Assembly: GCA_023459335.1 (NCBI GenBank)
Contig: JAEWUO010000005.1
Span: 11,168 to 75,167, forward strand
Length of the DNA stretch: 64,000 nucleotides
Source: Bacillota bacterium
GTDB taxonomy: Bacteria > Bacillota > Clostridia > Christensenellales > CAG-138
Direction: 5' to 3'
A program made the translations under genes and the position numbers. Of the stretch, positions 19,777 to 31,248 are shown piece after piece (the stretch's first letter is position 1; each line of letters opens with the position of its first letter). The notes below the pieces were generated by a model. That model saw nothing but the letters and a program-made list of their open reading frames with translations, had not been told where the DNA came from and did no database searches.

Positions 19777-20436
19777 TCAGCTGCGAGGAACGATGTCGTC
19801 CTGAGACTTAAAGATATGTCCCGCTTTGACGACGCCGCGCACGCGGGAGAGCGGATAGACCGAGGCGTAAGATTCCAGCACCGTACCGGGGTTTAGCACG
19901 CTGTTGCAGCCGACTTCGACGTGGTCGCCGAGGATTGCGCCGAATTTTTTCAGCCCCGTTTCGATCGATTCCCCGCCGCCGCGCACGGTGACCGGCGTCT
20001 TGTCGCTCTTGACGTTGGAGCAGATCGACCCCGCGCCCATATGCGCGTATTGGCCAAGGATGCTGTCCCCCACATAATTGTAATGCGGCACCTGCACATG
20101 GTCGAACAGGATACAGTTTTTCAGCTCCGTGGAGTTGCCGATCACGCACCCTCTGCCGACGAGCACGCTGCCGCGGATAAACGCTCCGGGACGCACCTCG
20201 GTCTCCGCGCAGATGACGCTCGGGCCGTCGATATAAACGTTCGGATACAGCTTAACGCTCTTATGGACCCAGACTTCCTCGCCTGGATGGTCGTATTCCT
20301 CCGCGGGCAGGCTCTTTCCGAGCGCGCGCACAAACGCATTGATCTTCGGCAGTACCTCCCATGGATACTCCGTCTCGCGGAAAAGCTCCTCCGCCAGCGT
20401 GGTTGTCAAATCGGAAAACATGTCCGTGTTTTTCAT
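19777..20436 (-). CDS. Left-handed beta-helix (hexapeptide-repeat) transferase-family protein
   Basis: Repeated hexapeptide pattern (IRGSVLVGRGCVIGNSTELKNCILFDHVQV...). Start refined to MKNTDMF so that it follows the dnaB stop. Confidence 0.7.
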   Translation of the reverse strand: MKNTDMFSDLTTTLAEELFRETEYPWEVLPKINAFVRALGKSLPAEEYDHPGEEVWVHKSVKLYPNVYIDGPSVICAETEVRPGAFIRGSVLVGRGCVIGNSTELKNCILFDHVQVPHYNYVGDSILGQYAHMGAGSICSNVKSDKTPVTVRGGGESIETGLKKFGAILGDHVEVGCNSVLNPGTVLESYASVYPLSRVRGVVKAGHIFKSQDDIVPRS

Positions 20437-20470
20437 TCGTTCTGCCTTTCTCCGTTCCGCACAGTCTGAT

Positions 20471-21841
<1,371 letters not shown>

Positions 21842-21883
21842 CCGTTTCTCCGATCCGCCCTTCCGGGTCGCGCAAGAATCAGG

Positions 21884-22330
21884 TCAGCATTTTTCGACGA
21901 TCACCTTGATGTTGGCAAACGTGTTTTCATAAACGCTGATTCGGATCGTATACTCGCCGAGCGCGCGGATAGGCTCCGCCAGCGCGATTTTCTTCTTGTC
22001 GACTTCCACCTGTTTCTGTTCCATCAGCGCGGCGGCGATCTCCTTGCCCGTGATCGAACCGAACAGATGTCCGTTTTCGCCGACCTTCGCCTTGACGTTG
22101 ATCACGACGTTTTCAAGCTGTTTGGCAAGGTCGCGCGCGGCGACGCCCGCCTGAAACTTCTTATGTGCGGCTGCGCTCTTTTGAATGCTCGCGGCGTTGA
22201 TCGCCTGTGCGTCCGCGGGGGTCGCCAGCTTGTGCGGCAGAAGGAAGTTGCGCGCGTATCCGTCCGATACGTCCGCGATCTCGCCTTTTTTGCCCGTTCC
22301 TTTGACGTCCTGCTCCAATAATACCTTCAT
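21884..22330 (-). CDS. rplI: 50S ribosomal protein L9
   Basis: [32 protein letters not shown] is the canonical L9 N-terminus. Confidence 0.96.
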   Translation of the reverse strand: MKVLLEQDVKGTGKKGEIADVSDGYARNFLLPHKLATPADAQAINAASIQKSAAAHKKFQAGVAARDLAKQLENVVINVKAKVGENGHLFGSITGKEIAAALMEQKQVEVDKKKIALAEPIRALGEYTIRISVYENTFANIKVIVEKC

Positions 22331-24288
22331 ACCGGTTCGATGACCTCCTGCATATATTGTTCGATGACGGAGCGCACGAGCGTCTCCGCCTCGTCGAGTT
22401 CCATATCCGCAATCTGCGCGCCCGCCATGGTCAGATGCCCGCCGCCGCCGAGCCGCTCGCAGATAAGCTGGACGTTGATCTTGCCCAGCGACCGGCCGCT
22501 TACGCTGATGCTCTCCCCGTCCCGCCCAAGCACGAATGCCGCCCCGATGCCGCGAATGCCGATGAGCTCGTCCGCCGACTTCGCCGCGATCAGCGGGGCG
22601 TTCTTCACTTCCTCGCCGACGCTGGCCATCGCGACGCCGCCAGGGAGCACCTCCGCGCTGCGCACGGTGGTCGCCACGTCGCCGAAGCTCTCCATATCGT
22701 CCTGGAACATCTGCTTGACCATGCCCGTGTCCGCGCCGTTCTTGCGCAGATATCCCGCTGCTTCAAACGTGCGGGAGCCGACGTTGAACGCAAAATGCTT
22801 CGTATCGATCGTGATACCCGCCAGCAGCGTCCCGCAGACGAACGCGGGCGGACGCAGGTTCGGGTCGAAATACTGTATCATCTCGGTCACGAGCTCGCTG
22901 GTCGAGGAAGCGCGCGCTTCGAGAAAATGCAGCGTCGGGTTGTCGATGTGGTCCGCGCCGCGCCGGTGGTGGTCGATTACGACCACGCGGCTGGCCAGTT
23001 CCAGCAGTTTCGGGGCGACCAGCGAGCCCCTCCGCTGCGTATCCACGACGACGAGCACGCTTGTCGGCCGCATGATGCGTTCCGCCTGGTCGGGCGAAAT
23101 CAGCATGCCGCTGTACGCGTGGTTGTCGCGGATGAGTTCCAGCGCGTGCTCGATCATGGCGTTCTGTTCGCCGAGCACGATATACGCGCGCGAGCCCGCC
23201 TGCCGCGCGCAGGTCGCCACGCCGAGCGCGGCGCCGATGCAGTCCATGTCCGGCCTGCTGTGCCCGGCGATGAAAACGTCGCCCGCGTTGTCGAAAAGCT
23301 GGCGCAGCGCCTTGCTGAAGAGGCGCATCTTCACGCGGCTCTGCTGCGCCTCCGGCTGCCGGCGGCCTCCGTAAAATACATATCCGCCGCCTTTTTTGAT
23401 GACAGCCTGGTCTCCGCCGCGCCCCAGCGCGAGTTCCATCGCCTGCCGCGCGCTCTCGTCCGCGTTCTGCACGCGATCCGCCGCGCCAACGGCGATGGAG
23501 AGGGAGACGAGCATGTTCGTGCCGGTATCGATGGCGTGCGCCTGTTCCAGCAGGGAAAACCGGTCCTGCTCGAGCTGCGCCAGATGCTTCGCCTCGAATA
23601 CGACGAAAAAGCGCCCGTTGTCGTAGCGGCGGTAAACCCCGTCCAGGTCCTTGACCAGATCGGCAATCAGCCGCTCCACCTCGGAAAACACGCTGGTGCG
23701 GTGAAACTGCACGTCCGCCGAAAGCTCTTCATAATTATCGATATAGATCAGCGCCACGTACGGCATCTGCTCTTCAAACAGCCGCTGGTAATGGGCCGCT
23801 TCCGTGCGGTCGAGCCAATATTGGAAGATCAGGGAACGCGCGTCTTTTTTGCGGTGGATGGGTATGCTCATAACCTGATATACGCTTCCGCCATACTCCA
23901 TCGGCATCGCGATCAAGGGCGCGGCAGAGTCGAAATGCGGCTGCGCGCGGCAGACGTCCGGTTCCGGATAAATCTTTTTCATGCTCTCGTTGCGCCAGGC
24001 GATCTTGCCGTCGCCCTCGACGAGCGCGCAGGGGATTCCAACCTGATTGACGAGGCTTGCGGAGACTTCGGAGTTTTCGGAAAAGACGTCGTCCATGCGC
24101 TTCTGCATGGCTTTGGCGCGCGATCTTTCCACGCCGAAGCTGACGAAAAAGACGATCAGCGATATGCCAAACGCCGCATAGGCAACGGCATCCCGGTAAT
24201 CCGGATAAAGGCCGCTTCCCAGAATCGCAAGGCAGAGCAGGATCGCAAGTACGCCAAGCGGCACAAGTACGGTTCTCGTCTTTTTCAT
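22327..24288 (-). CDS. gdpP: GdpP/YybT-type DHH-DHHA1 phosphodiesterase (c-di-AMP phosphodiesterase)
   Basis: Two N-terminal TM helices, a central PAS/degenerate-GGDEF-sized region, the DHH motif (VVIDHHRR) and GGGH ([10 protein letters not shown]). Conserved position upstream of rplI. Confidence 0.88.
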   Translation of the reverse strand: MKKTRTVLVPLGVLAILLCLAILGSGLYPDYRDAVAYAAFGISLIVFFVSFGVERSRAKAMQKRMDDVFSENSEVSASLVNQVGIPCALVEGDGKIAWRNESMKKIYPEPDVCRAQPHFDSAAPLIAMPMEYGGSVYQVMSIPIHRKKDARSLIFQYWLDRTEAAHYQRLFEEQMPYVALIYIDNYEELSADVQFHRTSVFSEVERLIADLVKDLDGVYRRYDNGRFFVVFEAKHLAQLEQDRFSLLEQAHAIDTGTNMLVSLSIAVGAADRVQNADESARQAMELALGRGGDQAVIKKGGGYVFYGGRRQPEAQQSRVKMRLFSKALRQLFDNAGDVFIAGHSRPDMDCIGAALGVATCARQAGSRAYIVLGEQNAMIEHALELIRDNHAYSGMLISPDQAERIMRPTSVLVVVDTQRRGSLVAPKLLELASRVVVIDHHRRGADHIDNPTLHFLEARASSTSELVTEMIQYFDPNLRPPAFVCGTLLAGITIDTKHFAFNVGSRTFEAAGYLRKNGADTGMVKQMFQDDMESFGDVATTVRSAEVLPGGVAMASVGEEVKNAPLIAAKSADELIGIRGIGAAFVLGRDGESISVSGRSLGKINVQLICERLGGGGHLTMAGAQIADMELDEAETLVRSVIEQYMQEVIEPV

Positions 24289-24389
24289 TCCGTCTCTCCT
24301 TCAGATTGGATGATCAGGCCGAAACGGCGATATGGCGCAAGCGTACGCCATTGCGCGCGAATCATTTGTGGAAATCGGTCAAGCCGCGC

Positions 24390-25370
24390 TTAAATCGCTG
24401 CGCGCGGCGGAACCCCGCGCATTCGGTCGCGGACGCGAAAGATCTGGTCGAAACACCCGAGCAGGATCAGCGGCGTCTGCGCGAGGCTGAACAGCACGCC
24501 GATGCCGATATACGCAAGCGTCCGTCCCGTATTAATATGCTTCGGCGAGCGGGCGATCAGAAAATCAACCACGCAAAGGCCCTGCAGCAACAGCGGCATA
24601 CCGACCAGCGCGTTGACCGTATTGGACATGCTTTCGGAATAAGCCCAGCCCGTCCACTCCAGGATCAGCGATCCGATCAGCAGCGCGAAGAGGCCGAATG
24701 TCATGCTGCGCGGCAGCGTCCAGTCACGGAACACGCGCATGGGCGAAATCGAAATTTCGGGCTGCTTTCTGCAGAAGAGCCGGAAAAAAAGCAGGTTGCC
24801 AAGCCCGAGGACTCCCGCAAAAATGCAGAGGGCCGAAACGACGAAATTCGGAATCTCTTTGACGTACGCGTCCATCACGTCCAAAATTGCCTGGCTGTTC
24901 TGCACGTTCAGTTCCGGCATCTGCGAAGCCGCCGAACGGTATTGATCGAACAGCGAGCCGATCGCCGCCTGGGCATCCGCAAATGCGCCCCTGCCGTCAA
25001 ATATCCCCGGCAGGCAAACCGAAACGTAAAGGCCCACCAGAAAAACGCCGGCGAGCGTCAGCGCGGTATAGGCATTGCTCACACGGCGCGTTAAAAGCGC
25101 ATAGAGCAGAATCGAAGCAAGCAGCGCCGCTCCGGAAAGACCGGCCGCCGGTATTAACGTGTAGGAGGAAAACGCCGTGACCGCGAACGCCACCGCGGGA
25201 ATCACAATCCAGTAGGGTTTTGTGCGCGCGCCGGCATACGCCCAGAGCGCGGGAGCCACGACAAGCGCTACGGGAAAAACCGCGGCGATCAGGGCGGACA
25301 GAACGGAGAGTAAAAGAACCAGCCAGCCGCTTCTCTTTTCACGGATGGTTTGCTGCTGTATATTTTCCAT
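24390..25370 (-). CDS. YybS-like polytopic membrane protein (DUF2232-type)
   Basis: Highly hydrophobic 326-aa protein in the conserved yybS-gdpP-rplI-dnaB arrangement. Confidence 0.75.
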   Translation of the reverse strand: MENIQQQTIREKRSGWLVLLLSVLSALIAAVFPVALVVAPALWAYAGARTKPYWIVIPAVAFAVTAFSSYTLIPAAGLSGAALLASILLYALLTRRVSNAYTALTLAGVFLVGLYVSVCLPGIFDGRGAFADAQAAIGSLFDQYRSAASQMPELNVQNSQAILDVMDAYVKEIPNFVVSALCIFAGVLGLGNLLFFRLFCRKQPEISISPMRVFRDWTLPRSMTFGLFALLIGSLILEWTGWAYSESMSNTVNALVGMPLLLQGLCVVDFLIARSPKHINTGRTLAYIGIGVLFSLAQTPLILLGCFDQIFRVRDRMRGVPPRAAI

Positions 25371-25499
25371 ATCATCATTTTATCTTCCGGCGTACAAATA
25401 ATCAAGTTCAGCAATGCCCTCGGCACGAATTTCACAGCAGTCTGAGGAGCAAAAAAACGGCCGGAGATTGCGCCCCGGCACGTCGAACGTATTTGCCGC

Positions 25500-26816
25500 T
25501 CAGTTCTCCGCCGCGGTCTGCGCGGCGAGTGCGGCTTCGATATCCCATGTGCCGAGGGAAAGTTTTTTTAAAAGGATTCTCCTGACGCTCTCGTCGATCC
25601 GTTCCAGCGTGAGCGTTCCGTCCGACGCGGCCGCGTTCAGCGCGGTCATGATCGCCTGTTGAGAATCGCTCACTGCGCCGCACATGACGATATCCCCGCC
25701 GGCAAGAACGAAACGCACCGCGGCGTCGCCGACTTCATAACGCGCCGTGAGCCCGCCCATACGAAAATCGTCGCTGATGACGAGGCCGTCAAACCCCATT
25801 GTATTGCGCAGGTAATCCGTGATGATCGCTTTGCTGACGGTGGCGATGTCCGTCTGATCCAGCGCGGGATAAAGTATGTGCGCGGTCATGATCGCGTCCA
25901 CACCGGAATCGACCGCGGTTTGGAACGGGACGAGATCGTAGCTCTGCAGCTGTTCGAGAGTTTGATTCACCGTCGGAGTTACTTCGTGGGAATCTTCCGT
26001 CGTACCGCCGTGCCCGGGAAAATGCTTCGCGCAGGAGAGGCACCCGCCCGCGCGCAATCCTTCGATCACCGCGCTGCCGATGGCTGCGGTGATGCTCGCG
26101 TCCTCGGAGATGATGCGGGTTTCGAGGTAGGTGTCCATCGGGTTTTCCGACACGTCCAGCACGGGCGCAAGATCGAGATTGATCCCCGCCTCAACCAGCT
26201 TCGCGCCGATCGAGAGAAACTGCTTCATGGCGTAATCCGCGTCCCTGCGCCGTCCGAGCGAACGCGCGGAGACGGGCTGCGGTTTCCAGCGGAAGCGTAC
26301 GACGCTGCCGCCCTCCACGTCGATGCTGACCAGCGGCGGAATCCGCGTGCCGACGCGCTGCGCAATCTGCTCCGTCAGACTCTTTGCCAGATCGAACCCG
26401 CCGTCGCTGTTCGTGCTTTTAATGTTGTTCCCGTAAAGGATCGCGTTGCCCACGGAGTTGTTGCTCCAGATATCGCGGTATGGGTTCTGAACGTCGGTCG
26501 TGCCGGAAAACCCAAACATGACCATCTGTCCCAGTTTTTCCTGGATGCTCATCGTGACCATGTACCGCTCCACCCACTGTTCCGCCGTTTCGGGCGCGAT
26601 TTCCGGCGTTGCGGTCGGCTCCGGCGTGTCGGTGGGCGTTATGGTCGGCGTGACGTCCGGCGTTACGGTCGCTTCCGGCGTCATGTCCGGTTCGGCGCGC
26701 CAGACGTCGTAATGCAGCGCAGGTATCACTCCAAACAGCACGCCGGCGCCGCCGCCGGCAAGCAGCGCGAGCACCGCCAGCGCGATGATCAGTTTTTTAA
26801 ACGCGTTTCCGAACAA
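25500..26816 (-). CDS. GH3 beta-N-acetylhexosaminidase (NagZ-like) with an N-terminal membrane anchor
   Basis: KHFPGHGGT motif and GH3 layout. The start is uncertain. TTG at 26814-26816 preceded by GGAGAAAGACT gives MFGNAFKKLIIALAV..., while the tracked ORF extends to 26891. Confidence 0.8.
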   Translation of the reverse strand: MFGNAFKKLIIALAVLALLAGGGAGVLFGVIPALHYDVWRAEPDMTPEATVTPDVTPTITPTDTPEPTATPEIAPETAEQWVERYMVTMSIQEKLGQMVMFGFSGTTDVQNPYRDIWSNNSVGNAILYGNNIKSTNSDGGFDLAKSLTEQIAQRVGTRIPPLVSIDVEGGSVVRFRWKPQPVSARSLGRRRDADYAMKQFLSIGAKLVEAGINLDLAPVLDVSENPMDTYLETRIISEDASITAAIGSAVIEGLRAGGCLSCAKHFPGHGGTTEDSHEVTPTVNQTLEQLQSYDLVPFQTAVDSGVDAIMTAHILYPALDQTDIATVSKAIITDYLRNTMGFDGLVISDDFRMGGLTARYEVGDAAVRFVLAGGDIVMCGAVSDSQQAIMTALNAAASDGTLTLERIDESVRRILLKKLSLGTWDIEAALAAQTAAEN

Positions 26817-27053
26817 AGTCTTTCTCCGTTTCAGCCGTCGTGATCCCGGGGCGCGGAATAACACGGATCGGATACAGATTGCACCGCGCAAACTGCGCGA
26901 TTTTCCATATTATACCCTGTCAAACCAAAAAAAGTAAACCGCGCGTTCCCGCGCCGGGAGAAACCGCCTTGCATCCCGCGCCGCCGCCGTACTACAATAG
27001 CGGTAGATCCATCCGCCCCGTCGGTTGGAAATATCTTTTTTCGGGAGCATCAC

Positions 27054-28739
27054 ATGGAATTGTTTTCACAGATAACCTACCGGCGGCCCGACATGGACGC
27101 GCTGAAAAAGAAACTCAATAAACTGCTCGACGCGCTGAAGAAAGCCGGATCCTACGAGGAGGCGCGCGCGGCATATCTCTCTTCGCTGGAAGAAACCGGG
27201 CACGTGGAGACGGATTACGTCGTCGCAAGTATCCGCAACACGCTTGACACGACGGACAAGTTTTACGACGGGGAAATGCGGTTTTTCAATCGCGCCGTCG
27301 CGATGCTGATGCCCGTGAGCAAGGCGTTTACCGAAGCGCTGCTCCGTTCACCTTACCGCGCGCAGTTTGAAACCGAATTTGGCAAACAGCTTTTCACACT
27401 CGCGGAGATCGATCAGAAAACGCAGAGCAATAAGATCATCACGGATCTGATTCTCCAGGGCAACGTAGAAAACACCTACAAAAAGACGGCCGCCGCCTGC
27501 AAGACAACCTTCCGCGGCAAGGAAGTCAATTTTTACGGACTGCTCAAGCACATGGAAAGCCCCGACCGCGAAGAACGGCGGGAAGCGTATCTCGCCTGGG
27601 CGAAGCTCTACGAGGGTGTATCCGAAAAGCTCGACAAGCAATATGACAAGCTGATCAAAATCCGCGTCTGCATGGCGAAAAAACTGGGACTGCCGGACTA
27701 TACCGCGCTGGGATATCTGAATATGCACCGCGCGGACTATGGCCCGGAGGAGGTCGCGCGCTTTCGAGAGCAGGTGCGGACCGTCATCGTGCCCGCGGTG
27801 GCGAAACTGCGAAAAGCGCAGGCGGAGCGCCTCGGCGTGGACAAGCTGAAATACTACGACGAGACCTGTGTGTTTCCGGACGGCAACGCCGATCCCGTCG
27901 GCGGGGAAAAAGAACTCGTTCCCGCGGCGCAGCGCATGTACCGCGAAATATCGCCCGAAACCGGTGAATTCTTCGACTTTCTTTCCGAACACGGGCTGTT
28001 TGATCTCGAGACGCGTCCCGGCAAACATATCGGCGGGTACTGCACGTATCTTTGGGATTACAAGGCGCCGTTCATCTTCTCCAACTTCAACGGCACCGCG
28101 GCGGACGTCAACGTGCTCACCCACGAGGCGGGGCATGCGTTCGCCGGCTACACCGCCATGCGCAGCCAGCCGTTGATGGGCTATCTGAGCTCCACAAGCG
28201 AAGTGAACGAGATCCACTCCATGACCATGGAACACTTCGCCTATCCGTATCTGAAGGATTTCTTCGGCGCGGACCGTGTGGACAAGGCGAAATACGCGCA
28301 CCTCTCCGGCGCTCTCTCTACCATTCCATACCTCGTGAGCGTGGACGAGTTTCAGCACCGCGTATACGAAAAACCTTCGATGAGCGCCAAGGAGCGCCGC
28401 GCGGTCTGGCACGAGATTGAACAAAAGTATCTGCCCTGGCGGGATTACGACGGCGTACCGTTCTTGGAAGAAGGCGGGTTCTGGATGCAGAAACAGCACA
28501 TCTTCCTCTACCCGTTCTATTATGTGGACTATGCCCTCGCGCAGGTCTGCGCGTTCCAGTTCTACGGGCGGATGAAGGCGGACCGTAAAACCGCCTGGGG
28601 TTCTTACCTCGCCCTCTGCCGCGCGGGCGGCAGCAAGGGATATTTCGAACTGCTGCAGCTCGCGGGCCTCGATATTCCCTTTGCCGAAGGCAGCGTGGAA
28701 AAAGCCGTGCGTCATGTCATTGAGGAACTTGGCGTCTGA
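27054..28739 (+). CDS. pepF: M3-family oligoendopeptidase F
   Basis: HEAGHAF zinc motif. 561 aa, with PepF-like overall layout. Confidence 0.9.
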   Translation: MELFSQITYRRPDMDALKKKLNKLLDALKKAGSYEEARAAYLSSLEETGHVETDYVVASIRNTLDTTDKFYDGEMRFFNRAVAMLMPVSKAFTEALLRSPYRAQFETEFGKQLFTLAEIDQKTQSNKIITDLILQGNVENTYKKTAAACKTTFRGKEVNFYGLLKHMESPDREERREAYLAWAKLYEGVSEKLDKQYDKLIKIRVCMAKKLGLPDYTALGYLNMHRADYGPEEVARFREQVRTVIVPAVAKLRKAQAERLGVDKLKYYDETCVFPDGNADPVGGEKELVPAAQRMYREISPETGEFFDFLSEHGLFDLETRPGKHIGGYCTYLWDYKAPFIFSNFNGTAADVNVLTHEAGHAFAGYTAMRSQPLMGYLSSTSEVNEIHSMTMEHFAYPYLKDFFGADRVDKAKYAHLSGALSTIPYLVSVDEFQHRVYEKPSMSAKERRAVWHEIEQKYLPWRDYDGVPFLEEGGFWMQKQHIFLYPFYYVDYALAQVCAFQFYGRMKADRKTAWGSYLALCRAGGSKGYFELLQLAGLDIPFAEGSVEKAVRHVIEELGV

Positions 28740-28760
28740 TTTCCGCCCTGTTCCGTCAGC

Positions 28761-28794
28761 AACCGCCTTCCGAATAAAGAAGGCGGTTTTTTTC
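28761..28794 (+). terminator. Rho-independent terminator after pepF
   Basis: 10-bp stem AACCGCCTTC/GAAGGCGGTT followed by TTTTTT. Confidence 0.85.
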
Positions 28795-28950
28795 GCAGTC
28801 GATCAAACCGGGTGATATTCCTTCATCCGGTTTTGGAATTCATATGTAAACAAGTTGTGAGTTTTGCCGTTTTCGTTGAATCCGCAGGGTCTGATATGGT
28901 ATCATAATTGCGTTTTACAAACGCTGTTTATCCTAATATATGAGGTATTT

Positions 28951-30081
28951 ATGTCGAAAATTATGAAAATCGTATTGATCGTCATGTTGATCGTCGTGCT
29001 GGCGGTCGTCGGTGTCGGTCTGTACGTACTCTCCAGTATGCGCGCGGACGCGGTGGAAACCGTCGCAAAGCCGACCGAAGTGCTTGAAGAAACCGAGGAA
29101 CCAAGTGTAATCACCGTGATATCGGAGGATCCGACGCCTTCTCCTACGCCGATGCCCATCTACGAAGAGGAAACCAAAGAAGATAACATCGTCAATATTC
29201 TGCTCGTCGGCACGGACTCGCGCAGCGAAAGCGAAACGGAATCCGCCGAAGGACGTTCCGACTCCATGATCCTTGCTTCCCTGAACAAGGAAAAGGGCAC
29301 AATGACGCTCGTCTCATTCATGCGCGACGCCCGCGTGCACCGGATCGGTTCCAGCGGCAGGTTCACGTTCTATAACAAGCTCAACGGCGCATACCGCGGC
29401 GGATACGGCGGCGGCGGTCCGGGCGAGCTGATCAATACGATTAACGGAAATTTCGGTCTTGATATTCAGGAATACATCGTTGTCGGGTTCGACGGATTCG
29501 CTGCGCTGATCGACAAAATCGGGGGCCTGGACGTGGAGCTCGATCAGGCGGAGATCAACTTCATCAACGACCGCATTACTGGCAATCACGTGTTGGAGCC
29601 GGACATCGTAAAGAATGCCAGTACGGTCAAGGCGGAGCCCGGCGTCGTGCATCTCGACGGAGCACAGTGCCTTATCTATGCGCGCAACCGTCATACCGGT
29701 GTGGACGGCGGGGAAGGCAATGATTTCGACCGCGTCAACCGCCAGCAGGAGATCATCAAGCTTGTGTTTGAAAAGGTGAGGAAGGAGATGAACGAGCAGA
29801 GTGTGCTCGCGCTCATCAGCTTCGCTTCCAATTACATCTCCACCAATATGAAGGTGGAGACCATGACCGCGCTGGCAAAGACGCTGCTGACAGCCGACAT
29901 TTCGTTCAGCAGCGACGTGAGCGTGCCCGCGGCAGGAAGCTACAAATACTATGTGGACGAAAAGAGCGGAGAAAAAACCGACCAGCTCGAGTTCAATATC
30001 AAAAAAACCGCCACCGCTCTGCAGGAGCTGCTCTATGGCGCCGCGCTGACGCCGACGCCCAAACCCACACCCGAGGGCTGA
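28951..30081 (+). CDS. LCP (LytR-CpsA-Psr) family cell-wall polymer ligase
   Basis: N-terminal TM anchor, then the LCP core (ILLVGTDSRS...GRSDSMILASLN). Start refined to ATG 28951 with a GAGGT RBS. Confidence 0.88.
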   Translation: MSKIMKIVLIVMLIVVLAVVGVGLYVLSSMRADAVETVAKPTEVLEETEEPSVITVISEDPTPSPTPMPIYEEETKEDNIVNILLVGTDSRSESETESAEGRSDSMILASLNKEKGTMTLVSFMRDARVHRIGSSGRFTFYNKLNGAYRGGYGGGGPGELINTINGNFGLDIQEYIVVGFDGFAALIDKIGGLDVELDQAEINFINDRITGNHVLEPDIVKNASTVKAEPGVVHLDGAQCLIYARNRHTGVDGGEGNDFDRVNRQQEIIKLVFEKVRKEMNEQSVLALISFASNYISTNMKVETMTALAKTLLTADISFSSDVSVPAAGSYKYYVDEKSGEKTDQLEFNIKKTATALQELLYGAALTPTPKPTPEG

Positions 30082-30103
30082 TTTACATCCAATCGCTTTT
30101 ATT

Positions 30104-30129
30104 CCACCCGCACAGCGGGTGGTTTTTTT
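30104..30129 (+). terminator. Rho-independent terminator after the LCP gene
   Basis: CCACCCGC-aca-GCGGGTGG followed by TTTTTTT. Confidence 0.8.
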
Positions 30130-30256
30130 ATCGCTTTCGCCATAGACTGAAATCCATATGCGCAGAACCGCCGCAGGTTCTCCCTGCGGCGATTTTTTTG
30201 CGCATCCTCTGCGGAAACACTACTTTATCACGGATTCGTCATGTTATACTGCTGAT

Positions 30257-31174
30257 ATGAACCGTCGCGCCGTCTCTGTCATTTTGGGTTTGTTTTGCGC
30301 GTTCTGCCTCGCGCTGAGCGCCTGCTCGCCGTTTGCCTCCCCGCCTGTGCAAACGCCTTTTTTAACGCCCGAAGCACCGGCTACCCCCTCTCCCGCGCCA
30401 ACGCCCGAACCCGTGATCGCGGTTTTCGGCGCGCAGGATTCCTCCTCTTTTCAGGAGGGCGTGTCATCCGCGTCAAAAGCCGGCGCGTACGCCGTAGAGT
30501 TCGTCTCCGGCGGGCCGGACGCGCTGTCATCCTACCATCCGGACGGCGCGGCAGCGGCGATCGTATTCTGGGCGGATGAAACCGCCGTCCTGCCGGAAGC
30601 GAATCTTCCTGTTTATGTTTTCGCCGCAAGCGGGCAGATTGTTCCCGACGGGCTTTCGCACCTTTCCTACGCTCCCGCCGGCGCGGCAGGCCTCGCGCTG
30701 GATTGCGCCGTCGCCTACCCGCCGCATCTTTCTCCCGTCCGCATGATCGGGCTTTTCTCCGGTCAGGACAGCGCCGCGTACGCGCTCTGGAAAACGGAGA
30801 GCGAAAACGGCGCCATCTTTGCCAAGCGGGAGTTCTTTGCGCAGGAAAGCGAAGAAACGCTCTCCGTCTGGCTGACGGATGTATTCTCACGCTATTTCCC
30901 CGGCATGCTGGACGCCGTGTTCGCCGAAAACGGCGAACTCGCCGTCGCCGCGGCGGAGAAAATCGCAAGCCTGGGGCGGAGCGATATCGAAGTGTTCTCC
31001 GCCGGAACGGACGCGGACGCGGGCCGGGCGCTCTCGCCGATTCTCGTCTGCGCGGTGGGCGCAAATCATAAGATCGCTGGCGAACGCTGCTATGAGGAAG
31101 CCGCTAAACTGCTTTCCGGCGGCGCCGCAGAAACCGGCGTGCTGCTGCCGGAAGCGCTCTGGTACCAGCCCTGA
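30257..31174 (+). CDS. Putative lipoprotein with a periplasmic-binding-protein (type I)-like domain
   Basis: Signal peptide plus lipobox-like LALSAC. The alternating beta/alpha pattern is reminiscent of sugar-binding PBPs. ATG 30257 lies 6 nt after TGtTATACT, so the transcript may be leaderless. Confidence 0.6.
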   Translation: MNRRAVSVILGLFCAFCLALSACSPFASPPVQTPFLTPEAPATPSPAPTPEPVIAVFGAQDSSSFQEGVSSASKAGAYAVEFVSGGPDALSSYHPDGAAAAIVFWADETAVLPEANLPVYVFAASGQIVPDGLSHLSYAPAGAAGLALDCAVAYPPHLSPVRMIGLFSGQDSAAYALWKTESENGAIFAKREFFAQESEETLSVWLTDVFSRYFPGMLDAVFAENGELAVAAAEKIASLGRSDIEVFSAGTDADAGRALSPILVCAVGANHKIAGERCYEEAAKLLSGGAAETGVLLPEALWYQP

Positions 31175-31203
31175 TCAGCCCCTTATAACCGAAGAATAAA
31201 AAG

Positions 31204-31236
31204 TCGCGCGGATTGATTCCCGCGCGATTTGATTTT
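31204..31236. terminator. Bidirectional terminator between the lipoprotein gene and the L,D-transpeptidase gene
   Basis: TCGCGCGG-N8-CCGCGCGA followed by TTTGATTTT and preceded by an A-rich run. Confidence 0.65.
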
Positions 31237-31248
31237 CATCGTATTGAT

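Noticed and set aside
22357-24393. 678-aa plus-strand ORF (and the parallel 22340-23374 ORF)
   Set aside because: It is antisense to the well-supported gdpP gene. No motifs are present and the composition is shadow-ORF-like.
25447-25480. Possible terminator after the GH3 gene
   Set aside because: Only a 5-bp GCCGG/CCGGC stem with a 10-nt loop could be drawn. The T-run is good but the hairpin is unconvincing.
27348-28715. 455-aa minus-strand ORF
   Set aside because: It is antisense to pepF, which carries the HEAGH zinc motif. It is a shadow ORF.
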